From NCBI GenBank assembly GCA_016293975.1, contig JAEDCW010000003.1:1-63371 (forward strand): a DNA stretch of 63,371 bases. The letters run 5' to 3'. A model generated the notes under the pieces. The model ran no database searches. It was given only the letters and a program-made list of their open reading frames with translations, and was not told the DNA's origin. This document shows positions 1 through 9,232 of this stretch, in pieces. This DNA is from Clostridia bacterium. Lineage in GTDB: Bacteria > Bacillota > Clostridia > Christensenellales > CAG-138. The stretch's first letter is position 1. Each line of letters begins with the position of its first letter. The position numbers and the translations under genes are program-made.

Positions 1-878
1 AGGGCATAGGCAAGTTCGACAAGGGTGCGCTTATAGTTGACCTTTCCGAGTACGATATGCCCCCGTGCATAATATTAAAGAGCGACGGAAGCACCATTTA
101 CGCTACCCGTGACATAGCCGCCGCGAAGTACAGGAAGGCGACTTACGATTTCTATAAGCTCCTGTATGTTGTGGCGTATCAGCAGAATCTGCATTTCAAG
201 CAGTTCTTCAAGGTGCTTGAAATGCTGGGCGACACTTGGGTAAAGGATTGCGAGCACGTCAATTTCGGTATGGTGAGCATCGAGGACGGTTCTCTCTCCA
301 CGAGAAAGGGCAACATAGTCTATCTCGAGGACGTGCTCAACGCCGCAATCGAAAAGACGCGTGCGATAATCGAAGAAAAGAGCCCGGACCTGGACAACAA
401 GGACGAAGTCGCAAAGGCGGTCGGTGTGGGCGCGGTAGTTTGGGGAACGCTCTACAATTCGAGAATAAAGGACATCACTTTCAGCTACGCAAAGGCACTC
501 AACTTTGACGGCGAGACAGGCCCCTATGTACAGTATACGCACGCAAGGTGCTGTTCGGTGCTCAGAAGGGCGGAGGGCTATTCGCTCGACAAGGCGGACA
601 TATCCGTACTTAGTGACGAGTATTCGACTGCGCTTATAAAGGCGATAGCCGACTTGCCCGGAGTAATCGAGGATGCCGCACGGAAGAACGAGCCCTATCT
701 CATCTGCAGAGCGGTAATAGCGATATGTTCGAGCTTTAACCGCTTCTATTACGAGAACAGGATAATGGATGACAACGAAGGTACGAGAAGCGCAAGGCTT
801 GCCCTCACAGATGCGGCAAGATGTGCAATAAAATCAGGACTTTATCTGGTGGGACTGCAGGCCCCCGAAAGGATGTAA
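1..878 (+). CDS. argS: arginine--tRNA ligase, C-terminal ~290 aa (5' end outside window)
   Basis: Frame 3 is open from base 3 (GIGKFDKGALIVDLSEYDMPPCIILKSDGSTIYATRDIAAA...). The C-terminal anticodon-binding domain ends ...GLQAPERM. serS starts 2 nt later. Confidence 0.9.
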   Translation, partial: GIGKFDKGALIVDLSEYDMPPCIILKSDGSTIYATRDIAAAKYRKATYDFYKLLYVVAYQQNLHFKQFFKVLEMLGDTWVKDCEHVNFGMVSIEDGSLSTRKGNIVYLEDVLNAAIEKTRAIIEEKSPDLDNKDEVAKAVGVGAVVWGTLYNSRIKDITFSYAKALNFDGETGPYVQYTHARCCSVLRRAEGYSLDKADISVLSDEYSTALIKAIADLPGVIEDAARKNEPYLICRAVIAICSSFNRFYYENRIMDDNEGTRSARLALTDAARCAIKSGLYLVGLQAPERM

Positions 879-879
879 T

Positions 880-2157
880 ATGATAGACATCAAGTTGCTC
901 AGAAGCGACCCAGAGTTGGTTCGTGAAAACATCAGAAAGAAATTTCAGGACGCAAAACTTCCCCTCGTGGACGAAGTTTTGGAGCTCGACCGCGAGTATC
1001 GCGCCGCAAATATGCGCTGTGATGAGCTTAGAAATCAGCGCAATGTCATATCAAAGCAGATAGGCATGTTCATGGCAAAGGGTCAGCGCGATGAGGCTGA
1101 GGAAGCAAAGCAGAAAGTGTCGCAGATGGCCGGCGAGATGGCGGAACTTGAGGCGAGGGAAAGCGTACTTTCCGAAGAAATCAGAAAGCGCATGCTCGTT
1201 ATACCTAACATAATCGACGAGAGCGTACCCATCGGCCGTGACGACAGCGAAAACGTCGAGATAGAGCGTTTCGGTGAGCCGGTAGTTCCCGATTTTGAGA
1301 TACCCTATCACGTAGACATAATGGAAAAGCTCAACGGCATAGATCTCGATTCGGCGAGAAAGACGAGCGGCAACGGCTTCTATTACCTCTGCGGCGACAT
1401 AGCACTGCTTCAGTCGGCACTGCTCTCTTACGCGAGGGACTTTATGGTAGACAGGGGATTCACCTACTACATTCCCCCTGTAATGATTCGCTCCGGCGTA
1501 GTCACGGGAGTTATGAGTTTTGCCGAGATGGAGAATATGATGTACAAGATAGAGGGCGAAGACCTTTACCTTGTAGGCACAAGCGAACACTCCATGATAG
1601 GCAAATTCATAGATACATTTACGAACGAGCACGAGCTTCCCAAGCGCATGACGAGCTATTCCGCCTGCTTCCGCAAGGAGGTCGGCGCACACGGCATCGA
1701 GGAGAGGGGCGTCTACAGGGTACATCAGTTTGAGAAACAGGAGATGGTAGTCGTCTGCAAGCCCGAGGACAGCAAGCAGATATTCTTTGAGATGCTAAGA
1801 AATACCGTAGACTTCTTCCGCACGCTGGACATACCCGTAAGGACACTCGAATGCTGCTCCGGCGACCTTGCCGACTTGAAGGTCAAGAGCGTCGACGTCG
1901 AGGCTTGGTCACCCCGTCAGAAGAAGTATTTTGAGGTGGGAAGCTGTTCCAATCTCGGAGATGCTCAGGCGAGACGACTCGGCATAAGAATAAAGGGAAA
2001 GTCAAAGGGCAGCTATCTTGCGCATACACTTAACAATACAGTGGTTGCACCTCCCAGAATGCTTATCGCATTTTTGGAGAACAACCTCAATGAGGACGGC
2101 AGCATAAGGATACCCGAAGCACTCGTGCCCTATATGCGGCGCACGCGCATTGGATAA
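880..2157 (+). CDS. serS: serine--tRNA ligase
   Basis: 425-aa ORF with an N-terminal coiled-coil arm and a class-II core (..LVGTSEHSMIGKF.., ..CFRKEVGAHG.., ..GSCSNLGDAQARRLGIR..). Confidence 0.95.
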   Translation: MIDIKLLRSDPELVRENIRKKFQDAKLPLVDEVLELDREYRAANMRCDELRNQRNVISKQIGMFMAKGQRDEAEEAKQKVSQMAGEMAELEARESVLSEEIRKRMLVIPNIIDESVPIGRDDSENVEIERFGEPVVPDFEIPYHVDIMEKLNGIDLDSARKTSGNGFYYLCGDIALLQSALLSYARDFMVDRGFTYYIPPVMIRSGVVTGVMSFAEMENMMYKIEGEDLYLVGTSEHSMIGKFIDTFTNEHELPKRMTSYSACFRKEVGAHGIEERGVYRVHQFEKQEMVVVCKPEDSKQIFFEMLRNTVDFFRTLDIPVRTLECCSGDLADLKVKSVDVEAWSPRQKKYFEVGSCSNLGDAQARRLGIRIKGKSKGSYLAHTLNNTVVAPPRMLIAFLENNLNEDGSIRIPEALVPYMRRTRIG

Positions 2158-2174
2158 AAGCATCGGAGGAGCAA

Positions 2175-2843
2175 ATGAAATCTGTTGGAATAATCGGTCT
2201 GGGTTTGTACGGACGAGCGGTGCTGGAGACACTTATTGAAAACGGCGGCTTCAGCGTGTCGGCGTATGACAATAACATGGATAAGCTCACGAGCATAGCC
2301 CACCTGTGCACCGATACAAAGTGCGTCGATGCATCTACAGAGGAGGGCATGGACAGCATTCCCGTAGAGATGTTCGACTGCATAGTAATCGGCATAGGCA
2401 CGGACATAAAGGCATCGCTCTTTGCTACTATGATGTGTCGCGAGAGGGGTGCAAAGAGGATAGTATCGAAGGCGACCGACAGAAAGCACGCGAGACTGCT
2501 TAGCCTTTCGGGGGCTGACCTCGTCATAAGTCCCGAGGTCGAGAGCGGAAAGTTGCTTGCAAAGGCTATACAGTGCAACAGCAATGATGTCGTCGAGCTG
2601 TTTACTTCCGGCGGAAACGTAGAAATAGCCGCCATAAACGTACCGAGGGAATGGATAGGCAAGACCATAATCCAGGTCGACGTCAGAAAGCGTTTCGACG
2701 TGAACTTTATCGCAATGCGCGACCGGGGCGGGCTTTTGAGTTTAGTTGATACACAGGCGCCGCTCAAGGAGGGCGAGACACTCGTAGCCATAGCGCAGCG
2801 GTCGGAGATGGAACGTTTCCTTAAAAAGATTGCGATGAAATAA
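2175..2843 (+). CDS. TrkA/KtrA-type RCK (K+ transport regulatory) subunit
   Basis: 222 aa with an N-terminal Rossmann GxGxxG (IIGLGLYG) and a TrkA-C-like C-terminal half. No membrane KtrB/TrkH partner is adjacent. Confidence 0.75.
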   Translation: MKSVGIIGLGLYGRAVLETLIENGGFSVSAYDNNMDKLTSIAHLCTDTKCVDASTEEGMDSIPVEMFDCIVIGIGTDIKASLFATMMCRERGAKRIVSKATDRKHARLLSLSGADLVISPEVESGKLLAKAIQCNSNDVVELFTSGGNVEIAAINVPREWIGKTIIQVDVRKRFDVNFIAMRDRGGLLSLVDTQAPLKEGETLVAIAQRSEMERFLKKIAMK

Positions 2844-2937
2844 CAGCAACGCACGGGGCATATGCCCCGTGTTTTTGCGTATTTATGTGCTCAAGGCGTG
2901 TAAAATTCGAGCGGAATAATTTTAGTAAAAAAACCCG

Positions 2938-2966
2938 TTGACAAACTATGCGGCTTTATGTACAAT
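2938..2966 (+). promoter_or_regulatory. sigma-70-type promoter for tRNA-Glu
   Basis: TTGACA (2938-2943), 17-nt spacer, TACAAT (2961-2966), about 19 nt upstream of the tRNA 5' end. Confidence 0.7.
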
Positions 2967-2984
2967 AATGTTCGCATGCTCCGT

Positions 2985-3060
2985 GCTCCGTTCGTCTAGT
3001 GGCCGAGGACGTCGCCCTCTCACGGCGAAAACAGGGGTTCGACTCCCCTACGGGGTGCCA
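2985..3060 (+). tRNA. tRNA-Glu (anticodon CTC), CCA encoded
   Basis: Hand-folded cloverleaf: acceptor GCTCCGT/ACGGGGT, D arm GTC-TAGTGGCCGA-GAC, anticodon stem TCGCC/GGCGA with loop CTCTCAC, T arm AGGGG-TTCGACT-CCCCT, then G-CCA. Confidence 0.9.
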
Positions 3061-3064
3061 TGCG

Positions 3065-3101
3065 AAAAACCACTCTTGTCGGAAGACAAAAGTGGTTTTT
3101 T
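3065..3101 (+). terminator. intrinsic terminator after tRNA-Glu
   Basis: Stem AAAAACCACTCTTGTC / GACAAAAGTGGTTTTT with a GGAA loop and a T-run. Confidence 0.8.
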
Positions 3102-3488
3102 CAATGATATCCGCTCCCTGCGGTCGCGGGTGATATACCTGACGGCATGATACATGCTTCGCAGGTGATATACGCTTCGGGTATGAAGGAACGGATAGCA
3201 TATCACACAAACTTCAATTTTTTACGATGCAGACGGTAAAAGAGTAGGTCTTTTACTCATAGCAAAAACCGGAACAGAAAGCTGCTCCGGCCAACAGACG
3301 TCCACAAGTGTCATGTAGCACCATGGAAAGTGCCAACAAAGAGTCGGGGGAGAGTTAATATAGCTGTATTCACTTCAAAAGCACCTGTCAAGATCCTTTC
3401 ATGCTTCATGCTGAAGGAGTGGGTAAGAATCAATGAATATGACACAACTGCAGTGAGTTTCCCATTGCTTCCAATCTCCCCGCATGTA

Positions 3489-3522
3489 CCGCTTTTGTCT
3501 GCCGGCAGGAGCGGTTTTTTTT
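3489..3522 (+). terminator. intrinsic terminator ending an unannotated ~200-400 nt non-coding segment
   Basis: CCGCT..CTGCCGGCAG..AGCGG hairpin followed by T8. No convincing ORF lies upstream of it. Confidence 0.65.
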
Positions 3523-3624
3523 GAATGCACATTCGGGTAAAGAATTTGTATTTGGCGGTAAAGAAGCGGTAAAACATCTTTACATGTGTCGACTTACGTA
3601 TATAATACTCGCAAAGGGGTGCGG

Positions 3625-4272
3625 ATGACCAAGATAAGCATATATTATACGAGCATATACGACTGCGACGGGCTTATACTAGAGCCTATTTTGAGCGAGC
3701 AGAGACATAAGAGAAATGCGCAGCTTACGCACGAAAAACAGATAATGCACAGTAATGCCGCGGAGGTATGTCTTTGTGCGGCGCTGTTTGACAGGGGTGT
3801 AAAATTGCCTCCCGATTACAAATACAACGCGCTCGGACTTCCCGTGCTTAACGGCAACGAGTATTTCGTTAGTCTGAGCCACTCAGACGAATACTGCGCC
3901 TGTGCCGTAAGCGACGAGCCCGTTGGCTTGGATGTCGAGAGGTCGAGGATTGTGCATTGGAAGCTCTACGACCGCATACGCATGATGGATGAGCCTACAC
4001 CCAAAGACAATGAAGAGGTGATAGAGCTTTGGACGCAGAAGGAAGCGGTACTCAAGCTTACCGGGTGTGCAATAACCGGGAGCATGAGAAGTTTCGGCGT
4101 ATTTTATCCCGAGGTAAGGATGGGCGACGAGGCGCCTTTTGCCTATGTCAGCAGTCAGAAGAACGATTCGTACTGGATTTCTGTGGCGGCATATCACTCG
4201 ATTGAGCATGAACTTATAAAGGTGACACGCGAGAAGGCGCTCGAAATGCTCACTGCAACAAAAAAGCAATAG
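3625..4272 (+). CDS. 4'-phosphopantetheinyl transferase, Sfp type
   Basis: Motifs VGLDVE and WTQKEAVLK(L)TG. Start chosen at the ATG 6 nt after AAGGGG; the ORF track starts 13 codons earlier at 3586. Confidence 0.8.
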   Translation: MTKISIYYTSIYDCDGLILEPILSEQRHKRNAQLTHEKQIMHSNAAEVCLCAALFDRGVKLPPDYKYNALGLPVLNGNEYFVSLSHSDEYCACAVSDEPVGLDVERSRIVHWKLYDRIRMMDEPTPKDNEEVIELWTQKEAVLKLTGCAITGSMRSFGVFYPEVRMGDEAPFAYVSSQKNDSYWISVAAYHSIEHELIKVTREKALEMLTATKKQ

Positions 4273-4330
4273 CATCGCACTCACGGCGCACACAAATGTG
4301 TATACACTACAAATCATGGAGAAACGGACA

Positions 4331-4353
4331 AACGACGCAGGGGTCGTTTTTTT
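4331..4353 (+). terminator. weak intrinsic terminator after the PPTase gene
   Basis: AACGAC / GTCGTT 6-bp stem followed by T7. Confidence 0.45.
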
Positions 4354-4401
4354 ATTGTCCGAAAAGGGGATTCTCCGCAGAAAAAAATCACAGGAGGTAA
4401 C

Positions 4402-4881
4402 ATGAAACAAATTGAAATGTCGGAAGAAGCGGCTTTCACAAAACCCGATGAAGCCGCACTGGTCGCACAGCTATGCGAAATCTATGGGGCAGACGAAAAC
4501 AGTGCGCGCCGTATGCTCAGGGGAGAAAACGCAGTATACGAGGCGGCCCTGCTTGCTATCTGTGAGCTTATGCGTATGGCGGCGGAAAGCGGCGAGGAGT
4601 TTGATATCAAGGGCTATATAGAGGACGAACGCTTCTGTGAACTGCTTACGCAGATGCCCTGCCGCGAGGCTGTTGAGAGAATCGAGCTTGCGCGCCGCGA
4701 AAACGAGGTGCTTGCCGGCATGCGCAGTATAGCCGAAAACGCTTCACTGCCGTCTCAGATCGCGGCAAGACTGCCCGCAAGGGGAGAGAGAAACTACATG
4801 AGTATGAGCAGCGTCGACTTTCGCAGATTAAGCGAGCAGCTAAGAGCCGCTCACGGAAGAGGTAGAAGAATAACACTTTAG
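4402..4881 (+). CDS. hypothetical protein in the scaffolding-protein position of a phage-like head module
   Basis: 159 aa, acidic and helical with a basic C-terminus (..LRAAHGRGRRITL). Strong SD (CAGGAGG). Lies immediately upstream of the capsid gene. The functional call is positional only. Confidence 0.35.
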   Translation: MKQIEMSEEAAFTKPDEAALVAQLCEIYGADENSARRMLRGENAVYEAALLAICELMRMAAESGEEFDIKGYIEDERFCELLTQMPCREAVERIELARRENEVLAGMRSIAENASLPSQIAARLPARGERNYMSMSSVDFRRLSEQLRAAHGRGRRITL

Positions 4882-4889
4882 GAGGAAAC

Positions 4890-6092
4890 ATGACTAACAC
4901 AACCATAAACACCGCGTCGGTAACGGCGCTTAATAAGACATTTTATGACAGACAGCTTTTGGAAAGCGCTACATCGAGGTTCGTACACACAAAGTTCGGA
5001 CAGAAGCGACCCATTCCCAAGCACAACGGCAAGAGGGTAGAGTTCCGTCGTTGGAATCTGTTTGACCCGAGCATAGAGGGCAACAAGCTTAGCGAGGGCG
5101 TGACACCCGAAGGACAGTCACTCGCACAGACGACGCTCGAGGCGACGATCGAACAGTACGGCGCATATGTCGAGGTCACAGACCTGCTCGACATGACCGC
5201 ATACGACAGCGTTATAGCGGACTCCGCAGAGCTTTTGGGCGAACAGCTCGGGACCTGCATAGAATGGGTGACGAGGGATGCACTGAGCTCGGGAAGCAAT
5301 GTACAGTACGCAGGAGGCAAGCTCAATAGGCTGAGTCTCACGGGTGAGGACAAGCTTACGGTGGACGAGGTGCGCCGCGCCGTGCGTTCACTCAAGCGTG
5401 CAAAGGCGAGACCATTCTCGGAGGACGGCAGAAAGCCGCACTTTGTGTGCATATGCTCACCTGAGGCTACCTACGATTTGCAGAGTGATACACTTTGGCA
5501 GGACGTGTCAAAATACTCAAATGCCGAGGCCATATACTCAGGCGAGATAGGCAGGCTGTTCGGAGTGGTATTCGTTGAAAGCACAGAAGCAAAGGTATTC
5601 TCGCAGAGCGTACTCAACACAGTAAAGGCATCGACGACATCGTCTACTTCGTTTGCGCTTAAGAATGTGCCCACGGAGGCGGAGAAGCGTTATCTCTCAA
5701 AGGGCGGCAATAAAATCAAAATTGGCACAACGGAGTACACGCTTGCGGCGACAGGCTCGTTCAACGAGAATACAAACACAGTCAAGCTCACAACTGCGGC
5801 AACTCTCACAGCGGATGCGGTCGTATACTCGGAAGATGCGGGCGCCATCGACCCGAGTACACACAAGGGACTCGATATTCATTCGACGATAGTATTTGGC
5901 AGGGATGCTTATGGCATTATCGATCTCGAAGGCGAGGGCACTATGCAGACCATAATCAAGCCTCATGGCTCGGCAGGCGCTACCGACCCCCTCAATCAGC
6001 GTGCGACGGTCGCGGCAAAGGTAGCAGGCTTTACCGTTAAGCTCCTAAATGAACTGTGGCTCGTGAGAATTGAGCACGCGGTAAGCGAGTGA
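4890..6092 (+). CDS. phage major capsid protein, N4-gp56-like (HK97 fold) family
   Basis: 400 aa. The N-terminal region ..LNKTFYDRQLLESATSRFVHTKFGQKRPIPKHNGKRVEFRRWNLF...LSEGVTPEGQSL.. matches the remembered signature of this capsid family. Strong SD (TAGGAGG). Confidence 0.75.
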   Translation: MTNTTINTASVTALNKTFYDRQLLESATSRFVHTKFGQKRPIPKHNGKRVEFRRWNLFDPSIEGNKLSEGVTPEGQSLAQTTLEATIEQYGAYVEVTDLLDMTAYDSVIADSAELLGEQLGTCIEWVTRDALSSGSNVQYAGGKLNRLSLTGEDKLTVDEVRRAVRSLKRAKARPFSEDGRKPHFVCICSPEATYDLQSDTLWQDVSKYSNAEAIYSGEIGRLFGVVFVESTEAKVFSQSVLNTVKASTTSSTSFALKNVPTEAEKRYLSKGGNKIKIGTTEYTLAATGSFNENTNTVKLTTAATLTADAVVYSEDAGAIDPSTHKGLDIHSTIVFGRDAYGIIDLEGEGTMQTIIKPHGSAGATDPLNQRATVAAKVAGFTVKLLNELWLVRIEHAVSE

Positions 6093-6105
6093 GTGGGTGA
6101 GGCGC

Positions 6106-6837
6106 ATGGGAATTTTTAAGATAGCGGCAGGCAAAAAGCCCAAAAAAGGCGCAAATGCTGATATAAACGCGAGCACGGCGCAGACTGCGGCGGTGACCGA
6201 AACAACAGAGAATACTGCAACATGCAACGAAACTTTGGCGTTTAACGCGATGTACGGCGGCATACTCAATGCGCTCAAGGCGGAGGGAAATGGTTTTGTC
6301 GGCATGACAGATGACGAGATATACGACATGCTCTCGGGAATGCTCAGACCTGCGTTTGACAGGGCGGTTCAGGACCGGATGCGCGAGGGCGGCAGACTTA
6401 TCGGTCAGATAGCCTCCGATGCGAACGAAAGGGGCGTAGGAAGCTCCTCATATGTACAGGGCGAGCTCGAGGAGGCGCGCGAGGATACAGCAAGCGACAT
6501 TGCACTTTTAGAGCAAACGTATGCGCAGGAGCTTGCAAACGGCATGTACGAGGCGCTTCGCCGCAGAAACAGCGCAGGGAGAAACGGCGGCATATCGCGG
6601 CAAAATCAGAGCACTTCAATTCAAGGAAATACACTTGCCGAGATGACTGCGTATTTTGACGGTCTGCCTGCAAAGACGAGGCGCGCGGTGCTGTTTTCTA
6701 CGGACCCGTATTGGGAGGAAGTAAGGGCAAAGCTGCGCTCTGCACTGGGCAAAAACGAGTTTGAAAGATTGCTCGCCCACTACAGGGGGAGCAGGTCAAG
6801 CGGTGCTCCTTACAGAACCGAAAGTACGGTGAACTGA
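6106..6837 (+). CDS. hypothetical protein (phage-like module)
   Basis: 243 aa from the ATG at 6106 (ORF track starts at GTG 6097). Lys-rich N-terminus. No recognisable motif. Confidence 0.5.
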   Translation: MGIFKIAAGKKPKKGANADINASTAQTAAVTETTENTATCNETLAFNAMYGGILNALKAEGNGFVGMTDDEIYDMLSGMLRPAFDRAVQDRMREGGRLIGQIASDANERGVGSSSYVQGELEEAREDTASDIALLEQTYAQELANGMYEALRRRNSAGRNGGISRQNQSTSIQGNTLAEMTAYFDGLPAKTRRAVLFSTDPYWEEVRAKLRSALGKNEFERLLAHYRGSRSSGAPYRTESTVN

Positions 6838-6838
6838 T

Positions 6839-7231
6839 ATGAAACAGATACTTACCGTGCTTAAGGGCGTTCTCGCCGCGACAGGCGGGGTGTTTGGCTT
6901 TCTGTTTGGCCCCATGGACATCATGCTCACTGCACTATGCGTGCTCGTGGCGACGGACTATATAACGGGCGTTGCAGGAGCGGCGATAAGGGGCGAATTG
7001 AGCAGCAAAACAGGCTTCAAAGGTCTGTTTAAGAAGCTTATGATATTTGCGCTCGTGGCGGTCGCCAACATTGCGGACATGATAATACCAGAGGCAAATG
7101 CGGCATTTAGGAGCATGACCATAATGTTCTATGCGACAAACGAGGCGTTGAGCGTTATCGAGAATGCGATAGGTATGGGGCTCGATGTTCCGCAGAAGCT
7201 TAAGGAGCTGTTTTCTCACAGGGATGAGTAG
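6839..7231 (+). CDS. holin-family membrane protein (phage_holin_4_1 / TcdE-like)
   Basis: 130 aa with several hydrophobic helices. ..DYITGVAGAAIRGELSSKTGFKGLFKKLMIF..MFYATNEALSVIENA.. is typical of the 'toxin secretion/phage lysis holin' family. Confidence 0.7.
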   Translation: MKQILTVLKGVLAATGGVFGFLFGPMDIMLTALCVLVATDYITGVAGAAIRGELSSKTGFKGLFKKLMIFALVAVANIADMIIPEANAAFRSMTIMFYATNEALSVIENAIGMGLDVPQKLKELFSHRDE

Positions 7232-7273
7232 AGAGCTTTGCGGCGAATGAACGCCGGCAGAGGATAAAAGCAT

Positions 7274-7321
7274 AAAAAAGACAGGTCCGTGTCGCGTGCG
7301 CCTCACGGATCTGTTTTTTTC
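7274..7321. terminator. bidirectional intrinsic terminator between the holin gene and the convergent transporter gene
   Basis: ACAGGTCCGTG / CACGGATCTGT stem (1 mismatch), flanked by an A-run on the left and T8 on the right. Confidence 0.7.
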
Positions 7322-7328
7322 GTAAAGT

Positions 7329-8315
7329 TTAGTTTGAATCGATACTGCGGAGCTTTTTGCCCTCCGATACGGTGGAGCTTACTACGAGCAGCGCCGCGCC
7401 TAAAACGAGCGCATAGCCTATTCCCTTTTGCAGTGAGAACGTCTCACCGAGAACAACTATGCCGCATACGGACGCCATAACCGGTTCGAACGTGTTGAGC
7501 ATGGATGCAGTACCCGAGCCGAGAGTGCGTATGCCGAAGAGCAGAAGCCTCAGGCCCACGAGATAACCCGTTATTCCGCCCATTGCGAGCAGAGCGACTA
7601 TGAACCAATTTGCAGGGAGGCTGAATTCGCCTGTGATAAACGCCATTATAAAGCTGACGAACGATGCTGTGCCCGTCACATACACGGTCGATACGGAGGA
7701 ATCGACATTCGTATATGCGCTGTAGCGACCGGCGAGTATGTACACCGAATAGGTCAACGCCGAAAGGAGCGCAAACACTGGTCCCCAAACGTTCGAAGCG
7801 CCCCCGAAACTCGACACGAGGCATACACCTGCGAGCGCAGGCACTATTGCGATGAGCTTTCTCGCGGTCAACTTCTCGCTGAAGAAGAGCGTTGCGGCAA
7901 TGCACGACACAGCAGGGTAAGAGAAGTGCAGAACTATCGCTGAGCCCTTATCCATGCGCTGGTATGCGTATGTCAGGAGCAGACAGGTAGCAAAGAACGC
8001 CACGCCGCCGTAAAGGCTCATAGACATAAGCTCGCGGGGTTTTACTTTGAGCGCGGAGAGCTTGCGCTTAGAGGCGAGCACGATTAGCGAGATAATGCAC
8101 CCGAAGCCCATAGAGAACGCCACGACGGACGAGTTTGAGAGTGCGTTTTCGGGACTTTCCAACATGTAAGCGGGTATGGATTCGCCGAAAAGCTTTCCCA
8201 AAAACTCCACAGGAAAACCGCCCGAGAGACATGCGTTTGAGAATATGGGCATCACCCCGTAGCAAATCGAGGCGAGTATTACGGCAATTATGCCGAGCAG
8301 GTTTTTGTTTTTCAT
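7329..8315 (-). CDS. DMT/EamA-family transporter
   Basis: 328 aa, about 10 hydrophobic segments arranged as two similar halves. Sits on the opposite strand inside the phage-like cluster. Confidence 0.7.
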   Translation of the reverse strand: MKNKNLLGIIAVILASICYGVMPIFSNACLSGGFPVEFLGKLFGESIPAYMLESPENALSNSSVVAFSMGFGCIISLIVLASKRKLSALKVKPRELMSMSLYGGVAFFATCLLLTYAYQRMDKGSAIVLHFSYPAVSCIAATLFFSEKLTARKLIAIVPALAGVCLVSSFGGASNVWGPVFALLSALTYSVYILAGRYSAYTNVDSSVSTVYVTGTASFVSFIMAFITGEFSLPANWFIVALLAMGGITGYLVGLRLLLFGIRTLGSGTASMLNTFEPVMASVCGIVVLGETFSLQKGIGYALVLGAALLVVSSTVSEGKKLRSIDSN

Positions 8316-8404
8316 TGCGCTACCAATCCAAAGCTATGAATTAACAACCATTATACATTAAAAGCGAAGTTTCGACACTAATTAAGCGAATATCAGGAGG
8401 AAAA

Positions 8405-8680
8405 ATGGAAGTCAACACTATGCACAATGCGTGCGACGATATGAGCGCGGCAAAAGCGCTTTCAAAGCAAAACAGGGTAACTATTATAATTGAACTTGCG
8501 GAAAACGGAGAGCCCATGTGGGAGGGCGCGATAAACGGCTGTATATTCAGGATAAGGCGGGGTGAGCCCGTAGAAGTGCCGGAGAGCCTTGCGAAACTGA
8601 TAGCTTATAACGCCCATGCGAGAGAGGCCGCAAAAGCCGCCGCAGAAGCGTATGTCAAGTACAACGGCAAGCGGCTGTAG
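8405..8680 (+). CDS. hypothetical small protein (phage-like module)
   Basis: 91 aa, strong SD (CAGGAGG), Ala/Lys-rich C-terminus. Confidence 0.5.
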   Translation: MEVNTMHNACDDMSAAKALSKQNRVTIIIELAENGEPMWEGAINGCIFRIRRGEPVEVPESLAKLIAYNAHAREAAKAAAEAYVKYNGKRL

Positions 8681-8690
8681 GGGTGAAACA

Positions 8691-9230
8691 ATGACAGTAA
8701 ACCAGATAATTAGGCTCTCATTAGAGCAGCTAAACAGGGCTTGCGGGGATACAGACATCGCACTTTGCAAGGACAGATTTATAAGCTACATTAACGACGG
8801 TATATCCGACCTGACGCTCTCTGTAAAGCCCACAACTACCGAGATGCTCACGGCTATTGACGGAAGGCTCGATATATCGGAGCTTTCATATTACTGCACA
8901 AAGATACTTTCGGTGGAAAAGGACGGCGTACCCGTGAGCTTTTTGCGCACAGGGGCAAGCATGTCCGTGACAGTTGCGGAGGACGGAGAGTATGCGATAA
9001 CCTACTGCCTTATGCCGAGGGCAGTCACCGAGATCACCGACATACCGAACCTGCCTGCATACGTTCAACAGCTTTTGGTGCTTTACTGCGTTGCGAGGGA
9101 GAGGATGGCGACGGACACATCGACACAGGGCGGCAGCGAGGCATATCTGCGGCTATACGAGCTGGGCAAGCGTTCAATTCGCCCGGGTGTGGGCGAGACG
9201 GACAGATACACAATTAAAAACAGGTGGTAA
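8691..9230 (+). CDS. hypothetical protein, possible head-tail adaptor
   Basis: 179 aa from the ATG after AGGGGTGA. Its size and its position before the 476-aa gene resemble P22 gp4. This is inference from order only. Confidence 0.35.
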   Translation: MTVNQIIRLSLEQLNRACGDTDIALCKDRFISYINDGISDLTLSVKPTTTEMLTAIDGRLDISELSYYCTKILSVEKDGVPVSFLRTGASMSVTVAEDGEYAITYCLMPRAVTEITDIPNLPAYVQQLLVLYCVARERMATDTSTQGGSEAYLRLYELGKRSIRPGVGETDRYTIKNRW

Positions 9231-9232
9231 GC

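Noticed and set aside
2087-2854. 255-aa minus-strand ORF overlapping the serS end and the RCK gene.
   Set aside because: It is a shadow ORF of well-supported + strand genes.
3327-3490. Possible 6S RNA, SRP RNA or a known riboswitch in the terminated non-coding segment.
   Set aside because: I could not build the long closing stem and central bubble of 6S RNA. I also did not find the SRP helix-8 GGAA/AGCA motif or any riboswitch consensus I know. It is kept only as an unclassified candidate in the findings.
8616-8690. Upstream extension of the 179-aa ORF overlapping the 91-aa gene.
   Set aside because: The ATG at 8691 has its own SD, and the extension is Pro/Lys/Arg-rich out-of-frame overlap.
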